64,000 nt of DNA, taken from NCBI GenBank assembly GCA_042584825.1, contig JBHOSK010000001.1, forward strand, positions 78,393 through 142,392, read 5' to 3'. The position numbers and the translations under genes are program-made. The notes beneath the pieces were generated by a model. That model had not been told where the DNA came from and searched no databases. It saw only the letters and a program-made list of their open reading frames with translations. Below, in pieces: positions 16,629 through 26,475 of the stretch. The DNA comes from Candidatus Aenigmatarchaeota archaeon. Lineage in GTDB: Archaea > Aenigmatarchaeota > Aenigmatarchaeia > GW2011-AR5. The first letter of the stretch is position 1. Every line of letters begins with the position of its first letter.

Positions 16629-17165
16629 ATGAAACTTTCAGAGACCATAGTGGGAAAAACCTATACGAGAGTTTTCGTATATATTTTGGTTTTTAACATT
16701 ATTTTTGCATTCGGAGCCATCGTGTTGCACGAGGCAGGTCATTTGTATACAGGAATTTTTATTGAAGAATGTACTAGTGGAAAAATTATACTATTTGATA
16801 CAGAAGCAGATGGTCCTTATACAGAACTTGATTGTCCACCCACAGCCAATATTGTATTATTGCGCCTCAGCTCATTCTTTCTATTAGTACCAATTGGTTT
16901 AATTTTCTTTCTATTAAAGGAATTTCCTGAGAGATACTTCCTTGTTGTTATCTTAGGATTTTCAATTTACTTGAGTGCAATTGATATGAGTCGGATAGCC
17001 AATTCAGCAATAATTGAATACATAAGCATAATCATAGGGTTGGGCATATACTTTTTAGGAGAGTATCTGGTAGCACAAAAGACTTTAATTAGATTTAGAG
17101 AAAAACTATACATAACAACCCTTAGAGAGAGGCACAATTACAAAGGAGTGGATATAAAATGGTAG
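16629..17165 (+). CDS. Polytopic membrane protein with HEAGH motif (putative intramembrane metalloprotease)
   Basis: HExxH (VLHEAGHLY) at the end of the first TM helix, plus 4-5 further hydrophobic helices. Confidence 0.4.
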   Translation: MKLSETIVGKTYTRVFVYILVFNIIFAFGAIVLHEAGHLYTGIFIEECTSGKIILFDTEADGPYTELDCPPTANIVLLRLSSFFLLVPIGLIFFLLKEFPERYFLVVILGFSIYLSAIDMSRIANSAIIEYISIIIGLGIYFLGEYLVAQKTLIRFREKLYITTLRERHNYKGVDIKW

Positions 17166-17767
17166 TATTACAGACAGAACATTTCCCGTTGTTATTAATT
17201 TTATTTTTTTCAGCCATCGCAGTTTTGATAGTATTCGCCATAAAGCATTTTATATCAGACCATATTTTAAAAAAAATAGTATTAGAAAAGCCGGTCATCT
17301 TGTTAATGGGTCCTCCTAGCTCGGGAAAGAAGGAAATTGCAGAAAAGCTCGTAGAAAGGAAAATAAAAGGAAGGACATACCCATTTATAGGAAGATTCTG
17401 GACTTCTAACATGTCCATAAAAAATAAAGATTTTAATTTAGTTTGCTTTTATACAATGAAAGATCATAGCACGCTTAAAAAAGACAATATAATACTTCTT
17501 GACAAAAAACCCAAGATAATTGTTTTCGTTGCGAATATTTATTCAGATTATCATAAAATAGAAAGTCAGGGAAACATATTCAGAGAAGTCAAAAGATTCT
17601 TTCCAAAGACCCCGACAATTGTTGTTATGAATAAATACGTCAAAAGTAGAGAAAAAATGAACCACATCAAAAGAATATTTGGAAGCAGTTTGCTCACTGT
17701 TCCTGTAGATAGGAAAAAAGGAATAGTAAAATTGAGAAACGCCATGAAAAATAAAGTTATTGGTTAA
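17159..17767 (+). CDS. Membrane-anchored P-loop NTPase, divergent small-GTPase-like
   Basis: N-terminal TM. Walker A-like GPPSSGKK. VVMNKYV resembles the NKxD specificity motif. RBS aggagtg. Start overlaps the upstream stop by 7 nt. Confidence 0.45.
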   Translation: MVVLQTEHFPLLLILFFSAIAVLIVFAIKHFISDHILKKIVLEKPVILLMGPPSSGKKEIAEKLVERKIKGRTYPFIGRFWTSNMSIKNKDFNLVCFYTMKDHSTLKKDNIILLDKKPKIIVFVANIYSDYHKIESQGNIFREVKRFFPKTPTIVVMNKYVKSREKMNHIKRIFGSSLLTVPVDRKKGIVKLRNAMKNKVIG

Positions 17768-17780
17768 TAAGGAACATCCA

Positions 17781-19277
17781 CTATTTCTTAAATTTCAATC
17801 CAACAATTACACCAATAACAAGTACAATCACAACAACAGCTAACACATACATAATTGGTATTTCTTTTTCAGTTGTTTGTTCGTCAAACGCACCCACTGG
17901 TTGTTCATTAGGCGGCAGATTACTTTCAGGTGTTGTATCATATAACTGAGGTTCGTTTGTTTCTTCTTCTGGTTGCGCTTCATCTATTATCTCTTCATCA
18001 GGCCCACCAAAAGCATAAAGATGTCCATCAGAATTAGAACCTATGTAAACAGTTCCGTCTGTTCCAATAGCAGGCGAACCAATAATGCCTCCTATTAAAG
18101 GACCTTTGAATTTCCATTTTTCAGTACCATCAGGATTCAAAGCATAAAAATAACCGCTGTTAGAACCAAAATAAATTGTACCATCTGCACCTATTGCTGC
18201 TGAAGAGCTTACTCCTTCATATGCTGGTGGAGTTTCAAATTTCCATTCCAAGGTTCCATCAGGATTGAAAGCATAAAAATAAGAGTTCCACGCCCCGACA
18301 TAAATTGTTCCATCTTTTCCAATCGCAGGAACAGCGCTTATTCCATTTAAATGATATAGATCAACATAACCTCTTTGATCTTCAGGAATATCGTCAAGAT
18401 TATCTACTACTTCAACTTCATACGTCCATTCCAAGGTTCCATCAGGATTTATTGCATATACTTTGCCTTCTTTAGAACCTATATAGACCATACCATTATC
18501 CGCAACACTTGGTGAAGATTCCTGCCATGTTTCAAATGCGTAGTTCCACACGAGATCACCATCTCTATTTAATGTATTAATCAGGCCGACGACATTACCG
18601 TCCTTGATTGGTGTTGCTCCGCCTACATAAAGTTCTCCGTTTATCCCTATTGCTGTTGAAGGATGTACATGAGTTGTTTCAAATTTCCATTTTTCAGTCC
18701 CATCAGGATTAACAGCAAACAAATAACCTACTTCATCAGAAGATCCCTTTTCATAAATATATGACCCAATATAGATTGTTCCATCATCATCTATAGTAGG
18801 AGAACACCATATTGAATCACTACGTTTAACCGGAAATTTCCATTTTTCAGTCCCATCAGGATTAACAGCAAACAAATAGTTTGCTAAAGATGTAAAATAA
18901 ATCACACCGCTACTATCAATAGCAGGAGTTGAAATTATTCCATGGAAGTTTCCTGGATACGCTTCACTCTCAACAGGTTCTCCAGCATCAAATACCCATT
19001 TTTCAGTCCCATCAGGATTAACAGCATACATATCACTGTTCTGTGTTCCAACATAAATTGTTCCATCTTCTCCAATAACAGGAGAAGAATAAATTGCACT
19101 CCCAGCGTCAAATTTCCACTTAATGGTACCATCTACATGACTTGTATCGTAAGGGCTTACTCCTGTGTGTTGTACATTGCCCATCAACATTGGCCAAGCA
19201 CTATCAGCTAGCTGTGCATTAGCAACACCAACAAATAAAAAAAGTATTATAATTGATAACAAAAAACATTTTTTCAT
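17781..19277 (-). CDS. Secreted PQQ-like beta-propeller repeat protein with C-terminal TM anchor
   Basis: Signal peptide. Reiterated AVNPDGTEKWKF / DGTIY(I/V)GS blades. Thr/Glu/Pro-rich linker, then a TM helix and KFKK tail. Confidence 0.75.
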   Translation of the reverse strand: MKKCFLLSIIILFLFVGVANAQLADSAWPMLMGNVQHTGVSPYDTSHVDGTIKWKFDAGSAIYSSPVIGEDGTIYVGTQNSDMYAVNPDGTEKWVFDAGEPVESEAYPGNFHGIISTPAIDSSGVIYFTSLANYLFAVNPDGTEKWKFPVKRSDSIWCSPTIDDDGTIYIGSYIYEKGSSDEVGYLFAVNPDGTEKWKFETTHVHPSTAIGINGELYVGGATPIKDGNVVGLINTLNRDGDLVWNYAFETWQESSPSVADNGMVYIGSKEGKVYAINPDGTLEWTYEVEVVDNLDDIPEDQRGYVDLYHLNGISAVPAIGKDGTIYVGAWNSYFYAFNPDGTLEWKFETPPAYEGVSSSAAIGADGTIYFGSNSGYFYALNPDGTEKWKFKGPLIGGIIGSPAIGTDGTVYIGSNSDGHLYAFGGPDEEIIDEAQPEEETNEPQLYDTTPESNLPPNEQPVGAFDEQTTEKEIPIMYVLAVVVIVLVIGVIVGLKFKK

Positions 19278-19360
19278 ATTATATTATTGAATAAGCTTGG
19301 ATATAACTTTAATAATATTTTTTATATTCAGCATGACAAGATTAATAATAAGGTAATTTA

Positions 19361-20863
19361 ATGAAAACAAAATTTTTACTAATAATTCTAATTGCTTGCC
19401 TAGTTTTCATAAGCGCTTGCGCTGAGCAAGATCACAACAACCAAGATTCTCATCGAGGAGACGGACCCCAATTTAATTATGATAATGAAGACCTAACACC
19501 TGTACCAGCACCAAACGTAGAAGGGAAAATACAAGGTTATTGGAGTTCACAGGCTAACATGGTTATTTCCGATTTAGATGATGCTGAAAAGATGAAAGAA
19601 ATTGGTATCAACACAGTCACATTTTCACCACTGTTATCCCATACACAAGAAGGTTTAGTCACCGAACAACAAGGTACAGAATCAATGATCAAATTCGCAA
19701 TCAATAAAGCACATTCTGCCGGATTTCGTGTGATGCTTGAAACAACACCTATGAATGCCGGTGAGATTGCACCATTAGTAACTGATCCAGAATTATTCCA
19801 AAGTGAAATGACACGCGTCGCTATTAAATATGCTAAAATTGCTGAAGAATATAATGTAGAATATTTTGCTCCTATAGTAGAACCTGTTCATCATATGAGT
19901 GTTGAAGAATCTGATAAATGGATGCAGGAAGTTTTACCAAAGCTTAGAGAAGTTTATAGCGGACCACTAATGTGGAAAAAACAAGAAATGCATTTAACTG
20001 AAACGAAAGAATGGGACCAAGATCATATCATGGAGATAGGATTCAGATTAAGTGGTTCCAGCTTCCGAATAAATATGAAATCCTCATATGAACACAAAAT
20101 TTTACTAGATATCAAAGAAAGTATGATACGACTTGAAGAGTGGGTCAATAATGAAGAAAAATTAGAGATTGAGCACCCCATAAACATAGACAAATCTGAG
20201 TGGCATTTACTAAACGTGGAAATAGAAGATCAACAAATAAGAATTTTCATGGACAATGAAATGATTATTGAACACGAAGATGACAGCGGAGTAATAGGAG
20301 GTTATTCATTAAGCTCCGATGGTGTTCGGATAAATCAGTTTGAAATTACTGATTTATCAGGCGTACCACTTCTGGTAGAGGATTTCAATAATCTTAACAA
20401 TTGGAAAACTCGGTATGGATGGGAATTAGAGGACAATGAAATTATTGTTACATCAACAGAAGAATCATCACTGGTTCATGACGTAGATTTCAGCGGTTAT
20501 GATTACATAGCCATTGACACATTCAAGAGAGGACAAGTACATACTAATGAGGAATATATTGAATATCTTAGATTTGTGATAGACAAAACCAATCAACAGG
20601 CTGAAACAGACGGGGTTCCATATGTTATTATAGCAGAATTCGGTGGATCCATTATGGAGGAAATAGGATGGATTGATACAGACGAAAGGGCAAAAATACC
20701 CATGACCGAAGATGAACTCGCAGAAGTGACAAGGATGGTTCTGGAGCTCGCTGAAGATAAAGTAGACGGCTATATGTACAATGGCTGGGATATTGAAGGC
20801 CAGGGAATAAACGTATTACCAAAGATTGAGGCAGTTATCAGGGAATGGTACAATAGCCACTGA
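19361..20863 (+). CDS. Lipobox-type secreted protein, possible TIM-barrel glycosidase-like fold with an inserted jelly-roll domain
   Basis: Signal LLIILIACLVFISAC is near-identical to that of 8444-10132. The fold assignment is only a pattern impression. Confidence 0.3.
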   Translation: MKTKFLLIILIACLVFISACAEQDHNNQDSHRGDGPQFNYDNEDLTPVPAPNVEGKIQGYWSSQANMVISDLDDAEKMKEIGINTVTFSPLLSHTQEGLVTEQQGTESMIKFAINKAHSAGFRVMLETTPMNAGEIAPLVTDPELFQSEMTRVAIKYAKIAEEYNVEYFAPIVEPVHHMSVEESDKWMQEVLPKLREVYSGPLMWKKQEMHLTETKEWDQDHIMEIGFRLSGSSFRINMKSSYEHKILLDIKESMIRLEEWVNNEEKLEIEHPINIDKSEWHLLNVEIEDQQIRIFMDNEMIIEHEDDSGVIGGYSLSSDGVRINQFEITDLSGVPLLVEDFNNLNNWKTRYGWELEDNEIIVTSTEESSLVHDVDFSGYDYIAIDTFKRGQVHTNEEYIEYLRFVIDKTNQQAETDGVPYVIIAEFGGSIMEEIGWIDTDERAKIPMTEDELAEVTRMVLELAEDKVDGYMYNGWDIEGQGINVLPKIEAVIREWYNSH

Positions 20864-20913
20864 TACTCTGCTATAAAAACCTTTAAATTTCTTTTCAAAT
20901 ATAACGTTTACTT

Positions 20914-21225
20914 GTGCTCAGTATAGCAGATGGCTATTTGTTTTTCAAACCAGACCCAAAATATCATAGAAGATTTTCTATTACACATATAGAGGAAACA
21001 ATGAGAAATAATGGCAATCCAGATGCAACAACAGGTAATATGTTAGGTAGTACTCCATACAGAAGATTGGATGTTAGTGGGGTTTCCAACGCATTTTCAC
21101 TATGGCGAACAATAGCAAGAAATAGAAGAGAATTGGGCATTACAGAACCGATATATGTAGACAGAAGGGTTCATAGAGGGGTTAGTGGAGCTATGACATA
21201 TTTAAAAAGCTTAGGTGCGAAATAA
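20914..21225 (+). CDS. Orphan protein, Lys-poor/Arg-rich composition class
   Basis: 103-aa ORF (GTG start). ctataaaaacctttaaat box upstream. Sits directly before rpl10e. Confidence 0.4.
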   Translation: MLSIADGYLFFKPDPKYHRRFSITHIEETMRNNGNPDATTGNMLGSTPYRRLDVSGVSNAFSLWRTIARNRRELGITEPIYVDRRVHRGVSGAMTYLKSLGAK

Positions 21226-21272
21226 TAACGAGGACAATAAGATACAAAGTATCTCCATAATCGGTGAATACA

Positions 21273-21791
21273 ATGGCAGGATTAAGACCAGGAAGATGTT
21301 ATAGAAGAGTTAAAAGACCCTACACGAGACAGTCAATGCGTGTACCTAGAAAAAGCTATGTTAAAGGAGTACCAAAACCAAAGATAGCACAGTTTGAGAT
21401 GGGTAAATTAGGTAAATATGATAAGAAAGTTTTCCTTGTTTCTGGAACAAATGTTCAAATAAGACACAATGCACTAGAAGCCGCAAGAGTTATTACCGTA
21501 CAAACATTGGATAAAGGAATAGGAAAAGGCGGAGACTATTTTGTTAAAATAAGAATATACCCACACCACGTTCTTAGAGAAAACGCACTTGCTACTGGTG
21601 CTGGTGCAGACCGTTTTCAACAGGGAATGAGACAATCATTCGGTAAACCAGTTGGAACTGCTGCACAAGTTAAAAAAGGTCAAAAAATAATCGAAGTTCG
21701 TGTTGATGGAAAAAATGAAAAACTGGGTCGACTCGCACTAAAAAAAGCATCTTATAAAATGCCTACAAAATGTGACGTTATTGTTGAATAA
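21273..21791 (+). CDS. rpl10e: 50S ribosomal protein L10e (uL16)
   Basis: N-terminal GLRPGRCYRRVKRPYTRQS and the overall uL16 pattern. Confidence 0.9.
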   Translation: MAGLRPGRCYRRVKRPYTRQSMRVPRKSYVKGVPKPKIAQFEMGKLGKYDKKVFLVSGTNVQIRHNALEAARVITVQTLDKGIGKGGDYFVKIRIYPHHVLRENALATGAGADRFQQGMRQSFGKPVGTAAQVKKGQKIIEVRVDGKNEKLGRLALKKASYKMPTKCDVIVE

Positions 21792-21865
21792 ATTTATTCT
21801 AACAAATAGGGTTTTGACCCTAAAAAAACAAAGCTTTAAAAAGGCCCCACTGATAAAATTGATTT

Positions 21866-22672
21866 ATGGCAGAAACCCTTGATAGAGATTCATTGAAAGC
21901 ACTAAGTACAGACACAAGACAAGACATTGTTAAACTTCTTTCTAAAAGACCTTACACAGCATCTGAACTTTCTAAGTTGTTAAAGAAACACGTAACAACA
22001 ATTACTGAACACCTTGAAATTTTAGAAAAGTCTGGTTTGATTAAAAGAAAAGACAGTAAAAACAAATGGATATATTACGAACTTAGTAACAAGGGAGAAA
22101 AGATTTTCAAACCAACTTATTATACTTGGGTGATCACCCTATCACTTGCACTTGTGATTATGGTGTTTGTTTCATTGTTCCAAGCATTTGGCGGAGGAAT
22201 TATTAGTGGACAAACAATGGCAGCATCACAAGATATGAGAACAACAATTGAATCAACCAATGTAGACGACATTAATGTTGTTGTTGGTGATATCGTAGTA
22301 CAGGGTGAATCTAGATATATACCAATAGAAATTACATCTGGTAAAACAAGCAAAGTGATACCAATAGAAATACAACAAGACGTAGTTGAAACCGGAACAA
22401 CCGCAATGATACCGATTAATTTAGATGATTTGAGAAACAAAGATATAGAAATAAAAATATTAGAGTCAAGGAAAAGAAACAATAAAGAATACGTACCAAT
22501 TGAAATTTCAATTAAAGATAAAGCAGAAGAATTAACAGCACCCGTTTCTGGTGCTGGTACAGATTCTTGTGAAGATTCATATGCTGAAAAAGAAAATTCA
22601 ATATCAATCATAGATACAGCAGGTAACAGAAGAAGAATCCCAATTGATATTAACATAGAATATGATGAGTAA
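21866..22672 (+). CDS. ArsR-family winged-helix regulator fused to a TM helix and an extracytoplasmic domain
   Basis: LKALSTDTRQDIVKLLSKRPYTASELSKLLKKHVTTITEHLEILEKSGLI HTH, then the hydrophobic segment WVITLSLALVIMVFVSLF. Confidence 0.65.
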   Translation: MAETLDRDSLKALSTDTRQDIVKLLSKRPYTASELSKLLKKHVTTITEHLEILEKSGLIKRKDSKNKWIYYELSNKGEKIFKPTYYTWVITLSLALVIMVFVSLFQAFGGGIISGQTMAASQDMRTTIESTNVDDINVVVGDIVVQGESRYIPIEITSGKTSKVIPIEIQQDVVETGTTAMIPINLDDLRNKDIEIKILESRKRNNKEYVPIEISIKDKAEELTAPVSGAGTDSCEDSYAEKENSISIIDTAGNRRRIPIDINIEYDE

Positions 22673-22829
22673 TTTAACAATAGGGCGAATACCCTATTTT
22701 TTCTTCCTATTTAAAAAGCATCTTTCGAGAACATAATTTTATCTTGTATACCCCAGAAAGATTAACGACCCCACGTCGGGGCGTTTTTTCTTTCATAATA
22801 AACAAGATTAAAAAACGGAGGAAAAAATT

Positions 22830-23645
22830 ATGAAAACACAACAAATACTTGCTGTTCTTATAGCTATCGTAGCTGTAAGTGGAGTTGGTTTTGCTGCAAT
22901 GCCACAACACAAGGTAGATCCTCAACAATATACGGACGCTGCTGACATCCTATCAGTATTGGGTGTGGAAGTTAACGAAGATGACACAAGACCGATGCGG
23001 GACATAGCACTTTATGACGAAGAAAAACCTGCAAGCAGAATATATCCGTATTACCCTTACCCACAATACCAAAATGAAGATCTATATCCAAACGTAATTG
23101 TATTCAAAGGTGTAGCAGTAAAGGATACTGTTGAACCAGCAGCATTCATTGCATTTCAAAGAACATACCCTGCAGCAGAATATACTACAACAAACTCTCT
23201 AGTACCCCACTATGAACCTTTATACAACTACAATTATCTAATCATAAATGGTGAATTAATAGAACTAACACACAAAGACACCGATTTTGATTGGAGAACG
23301 CAAACACTTGTGGTAACATTCAGAGATGAAGCTGGCAAAGAAGCAACACTCGTAGTTAAGTTCTACAGAATAGCTGGAAGAACTGTAATGTTCATGAGCG
23401 GTGAATATGACGGATACACATTCAACATGGAAAGAATTCCATACAGAGGTCTGACAACACTAATCGAAATATTACAAAGCTACGATTACAATTACGAAGA
23501 ACCATATCCAAAACCAATCCCAATGCCATACCCAGCAGAACCCGACTATGATCAACCAGACTATGGCCATTATCGTGGATTAGGACCACTTCCAATGGAA
23601 CAAACGCAAGTAAATGAGATATTAGAAATGTTCGAAAACAGATAA
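22830..23645 (+). CDS. Secreted Tyr/Pro-rich acidic protein (hypothetical)
   Basis: Signal/anchor ILAVLIAIVAVSGVGFAA. YPYYPYPQY and PYPKPIPMPYP tracts. Lys-poor. Confidence 0.45.
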   Translation: MKTQQILAVLIAIVAVSGVGFAAMPQHKVDPQQYTDAADILSVLGVEVNEDDTRPMRDIALYDEEKPASRIYPYYPYPQYQNEDLYPNVIVFKGVAVKDTVEPAAFIAFQRTYPAAEYTTTNSLVPHYEPLYNYNYLIINGELIELTHKDTDFDWRTQTLVVTFRDEAGKEATLVVKFYRIAGRTVMFMSGEYDGYTFNMERIPYRGLTTLIEILQSYDYNYEEPYPKPIPMPYPAEPDYDQPDYGHYRGLGPLPMEQTQVNEILEMFENR

Positions 23646-23686
23646 GATTTTTGATTTTTCTTTTTATTATATTCTTCTTTTAAGTT

Positions 23687-24283
23687 TTATTCAAAACCAA
23701 AATCCTTTAATTCATATTTGAATTCTTCTCCACGTATTTTCATGATTTCTCTTGCAAGTAACCAGAAAATAAGAGCAATAGATTTCTTTGCTTTGTTATT
23801 GGCTGGTAGAACAATATCAATAAAGGAAGTTTCATTACTTGTGTCAGCAATACCTATAATTGGTGTCCTCATTTGCACAGCTTCTTTTATTGCTTGTTTA
23901 TCATGCAAAGGATCTAAAATAATCAAAACCTCAGCTTCCATAAAATTCTTATAAGTAGGATTTGTAAGAGAACCTGGCATAAATCTTCCAAGAACAGATT
24001 TTGCATTCACAACATCGCAGAATTTTTTAATAGCCTCAAAGCCACTTTCCCGTTTAGTAACAATAAGTATTCTTTCTTTATTTGCAAGCATTTTTGAAGT
24101 ATATCTTATTCTTTCATCAAGCGTGCCTATATTGAGAACAGCGAGACCATTTGGCCTTATTTTATAAATAAACCGTTTCATGTCAGCAGTTTTGAAGGTC
24201 ATGCCTATATGAACACCCGAAGAAAGATATTTTTCCCTAGATATTAACAAACGTTCTTTGACCTCTGTTGTTTTTTCTGCCAT
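23687..24283 (-). CDS. rps2: 30S ribosomal protein S2 (uS2)
   Basis: YLSSGVHIGMTFKTADMKRFIYKIRPNGLAVLNI and the C-terminal uS2 pattern. Confidence 0.9.
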   Translation of the reverse strand: MAEKTTEVKERLLISREKYLSSGVHIGMTFKTADMKRFIYKIRPNGLAVLNIGTLDERIRYTSKMLANKERILIVTKRESGFEAIKKFCDVVNAKSVLGRFMPGSLTNPTYKNFMEAEVLIILDPLHDKQAIKEAVQMRTPIIGIADTSNETSFIDIVLPANNKAKKSIALIFWLLAREIMKIRGEEFKYELKDFGFE

Positions 24284-24346
24284 TATATCACATTTTACCT
24301 ACAATCATACGTCATTATATTTAGAACAGAAAAACTTAAAAATAGA

Positions 24347-24550
24347 TTATTTTTTCCCTTTTTCAGCTTTCTTCAAAAATCGCCTTACTGTTATTGGTAA
24401 TACATTTTTCTCAAATTCGTGGTTAGATATCAATCTAGGGTCACTTTCACCGGTTTTTATGAGTACAGGTGCACCCATAGATATCTGTAATGCACGTGCA
24501 GCTATTATTCTTGTTTTCTCAAACCGAGTAAGTTCATTATAATAAAACAT
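24347..24550 (-). CDS. rpoK: DNA-directed RNA polymerase subunit K (Rpb6)
   Basis: [22 protein letters not shown] is the hallmark of RpoK/Rpb6. Confidence 0.85.
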   Translation of the reverse strand: MFYYNELTRFEKTRIIAARALQISMGAPVLIKTGESDPRLISNHEFEKNVLPITVRRFLKKAEKGKK

Positions 24551-24562
24551 TAGAATACCATC

Positions 24563-25330
24563 TCAACCTATATATCTGACTTGATCATCTTTCTTCGGTA
24601 TATGTTGCAACATCTTCTTATAGATATCCTCAGTCTTTTTAATCTTTTGCTCCATCTCTTTTATAGTTTTTTCGAGCTTTGAAAGATCAATTTTAATGCC
24701 AAACATTTTCTTCAGAACCTGCAATATCCTGTCAGCTGCTTTAGGATCCGTAAGAAGCGGGAGATCAAATGTTTCACCCATAAGACAAAGGCCTTTCATG
24801 TTTTTCAATTTACCTAGTCCCAAAAGCAGTCCAGAAGCACCAACAATAGTACCTATCGTATGTTCTTTACCAAAATCAATATCATATTTTTCATATTTTT
24901 TCAATAACGCTTTATCATTAACAGCACCAATAACACGAGGATCAGTGACTTCTCTACCCTCAGTAAATCCACCCAAAGTTACTATCTCTTTAACACCGAG
25001 TTTAGCGCAAAAATCAATAACCTTATTGCACACATCATAATGACCTTCAGGAGAAATGCTTTGTGTATCACCAGTTAATATAATGATATCTCTTTTCTTC
25101 GTCTTCATATAATAGAATTCAAATTTTAGCACATCTGCTACAGAATCATCGTGTATAATAACAAGCGGTAAAAAGTGAGGAGAATATACTTCTGCAAATT
25201 TTTCCAATTTCAACTCATGGGTTATATATCCAACGGCAACCCTACCAACATTTCCTATTCCTGGTAGACCTTCGATCAGAACAGGATTTTTAAATTTCAC
25301 ATTTTTAAGAACCTTAATTTGTGTTTCCAT
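24563..25330 (-). CDS. PAC2-family proteasome assembly chaperone-like protein
   Basis: N-terminal LIEGLPGIGNVGRVA motif and ~250 aa size. It sits in the conserved position next to nop10. Confidence 0.65.
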   Translation of the reverse strand: METQIKVLKNVKFKNPVLIEGLPGIGNVGRVAVGYITHELKLEKFAEVYSPHFLPLVIIHDDSVADVLKFEFYYMKTKKRDIIILTGDTQSISPEGHYDVCNKVIDFCAKLGVKEIVTLGGFTEGREVTDPRVIGAVNDKALLKKYEKYDIDFGKEHTIGTIVGASGLLLGLGKLKNMKGLCLMGETFDLPLLTDPKAADRILQVLKKMFGIKIDLSKLEKTIKEMEQKIKKTEDIYKKMLQHIPKKDDQVRYIG

Positions 25331-25362
25331 TAAAGATCACTTGTTTTTTTTATTTAAATAAT

Positions 25363-25449
25363 TTAGGGATGTGCTGTTTTGGTTTTTTTACCGCACTTAC
25401 ACGCAAATTTCATTGTATATCCACACTTGAGGCATTTCCTTAATTCCAT
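25363..25449 (-). CDS. nop10: Minimal Nop10 (zinc-ribbon only, 28 aa)
   Basis: MELRKCLKCGYTMKFACKCGKKTKTAHP. It matches the Nop10 N-terminal ribbon ending in AHP and sits immediately downstream of aIF2-alpha, as in most archaea. Not in the ORF track (<60 aa). Confidence 0.6.
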   Translation of the reverse strand: MELRKCLKCGYTMKFACKCGKKTKTAHP

Positions 25450-26202
25450 TTAATGAATAACCTCCATACTGGATTCTATTTTTTTATTACTTTTCAAGAT
25501 GTCTTCAACAGTTTTAACAAATTCTTTTTCACCCTTTTTAGCATCTTTTGTCTTGTATTTTATAAGATAATCCGGAGCAGAAATGTAATGAACACCCATA
25601 CCAGACTTTTCTATCTTTTTCAAAACACCCTTTATTACTTCTAATCCATCAGGCTCAAAACTTTTTAACTGAACACTCATCTTTAATTCAAATTCCTTTT
25701 TTCCCATTGTTTTTTCTGCGAGTTCCTTTATCTTTACAAACCATTCTTTTTTCAAGATTTTTTCAACCCTTTCAGGATTTTTATTTACAGTTTTAAATGC
25801 GTCATACAGTGTTCCAAAATTCTCTTGTAAAGGCACAATCACTTCTTTTTTAATTTCTGAAAATGTTGTATTCATGTCTTTCGCTGTAATTTCAAATAAT
25901 TTTTCAATTTTCTGATCAAATTTATATTGTTTAATTTTATCATTTTTTTGTTTTTCATCAACCCTCTTTATAGACAAATAAAGATGATCACCAGATATTC
26001 TAACTACTTTTGCAACAAAAATCTGGTTTAATTTAACATATTTCCTTATGTCGCTTACCCAACCTCTTTTTACTTCAGATATGTGTATCATACCTTCTGC
26101 GTTATATTCTTCTAATTCTGCTATTGCAGAATTGGGACTCACGCTTTTAATTCTACATAAAACAAGTTCTCCTGAACCAGGGAAACCCTTCTTTTTGACC
26201 AT
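25450..26202 (-). CDS. eif2a: Translation initiation factor aIF2 alpha subunit
   Basis: N-terminal S1 domain GELVLCRIKSVSPNSAIAELEEYNAEGMIHISEV, with size and order S27e-aIF2a-Nop10. Confidence 0.9.
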   Translation of the reverse strand: MVKKKGFPGSGELVLCRIKSVSPNSAIAELEEYNAEGMIHISEVKRGWVSDIRKYVKLNQIFVAKVVRISGDHLYLSIKRVDEKQKNDKIKQYKFDQKIEKLFEITAKDMNTTFSEIKKEVIVPLQENFGTLYDAFKTVNKNPERVEKILKKEWFVKIKELAEKTMGKKEFELKMSVQLKSFEPDGLEVIKGVLKKIEKSGMGVHYISAPDYLIKYKTKDAKKGEKEFVKTVEDILKSNKKIESSMEVIH

Positions 26203-26213
26203 CTGTTTTACAC

Positions 26214-26378
26214 CTATAACACATGTAGTGCACGAGTCTTTATAATAGCTTTACCTCCGGTAGATTGAGCTAATATAGTATTACACACAAGGCATTTTAC
26301 ATCAATAGTAGCCTTGTTGAATATAGCCTGTTCGTTCTTGCACTTTCTGCATTTTACTTTTAAAAATACTCCTGACAT
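26214..26378 (-). CDS. rps27e: 30S ribosomal protein S27e
   Basis: MSGVFLKVKCRKCKNEQAIFNKATIDVKCLVCNTILAQSTGGKA is the C4 ribbon of S27e. Not in the ORF track (<60 aa). Confidence 0.85.
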   Translation of the reverse strand: MSGVFLKVKCRKCKNEQAIFNKATIDVKCLVCNTILAQSTGGKAIIKTRALHVL

Positions 26379-26475
26379 ATAATTCACCATATATAGTACT
26401 TTATTAATTATAAAGTATTTTAACCAAAATTAATAATTACGAACAGTTTAAATACTTTTCTTTTTTTATAGTTAA

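Noticed and set aside
13918-17800. Searched the tRNA-Ser island and its surroundings for an integrase, transposase or IS termini.
   Set aside because: No ORF shows tyrosine or serine recombinase, DDE or SSV-integrase motifs recognisable by eye. No terminal inverted repeats were seen. The mobile-element interpretation therefore rests only on the repeats.
22120-22680. 186-aa ORF antisense to the ArsR-TM regulator gene.
   Set aside because: Same mirror-frame artefact of an AT-rich gene. The sense ORF has a clear HTH domain and an ATG start.
22741-22800. GC hairpin CCCC-ACGTC-GGGG followed by TTTTTT upstream of 22830-23645, considered as a bacterial-type intrinsic terminator or riboswitch piece.
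   Set aside because: The stem is only 4 bp and it is an isolated instance. An archaeal oligo-T terminator for the upstream gene is sufficient explanation.
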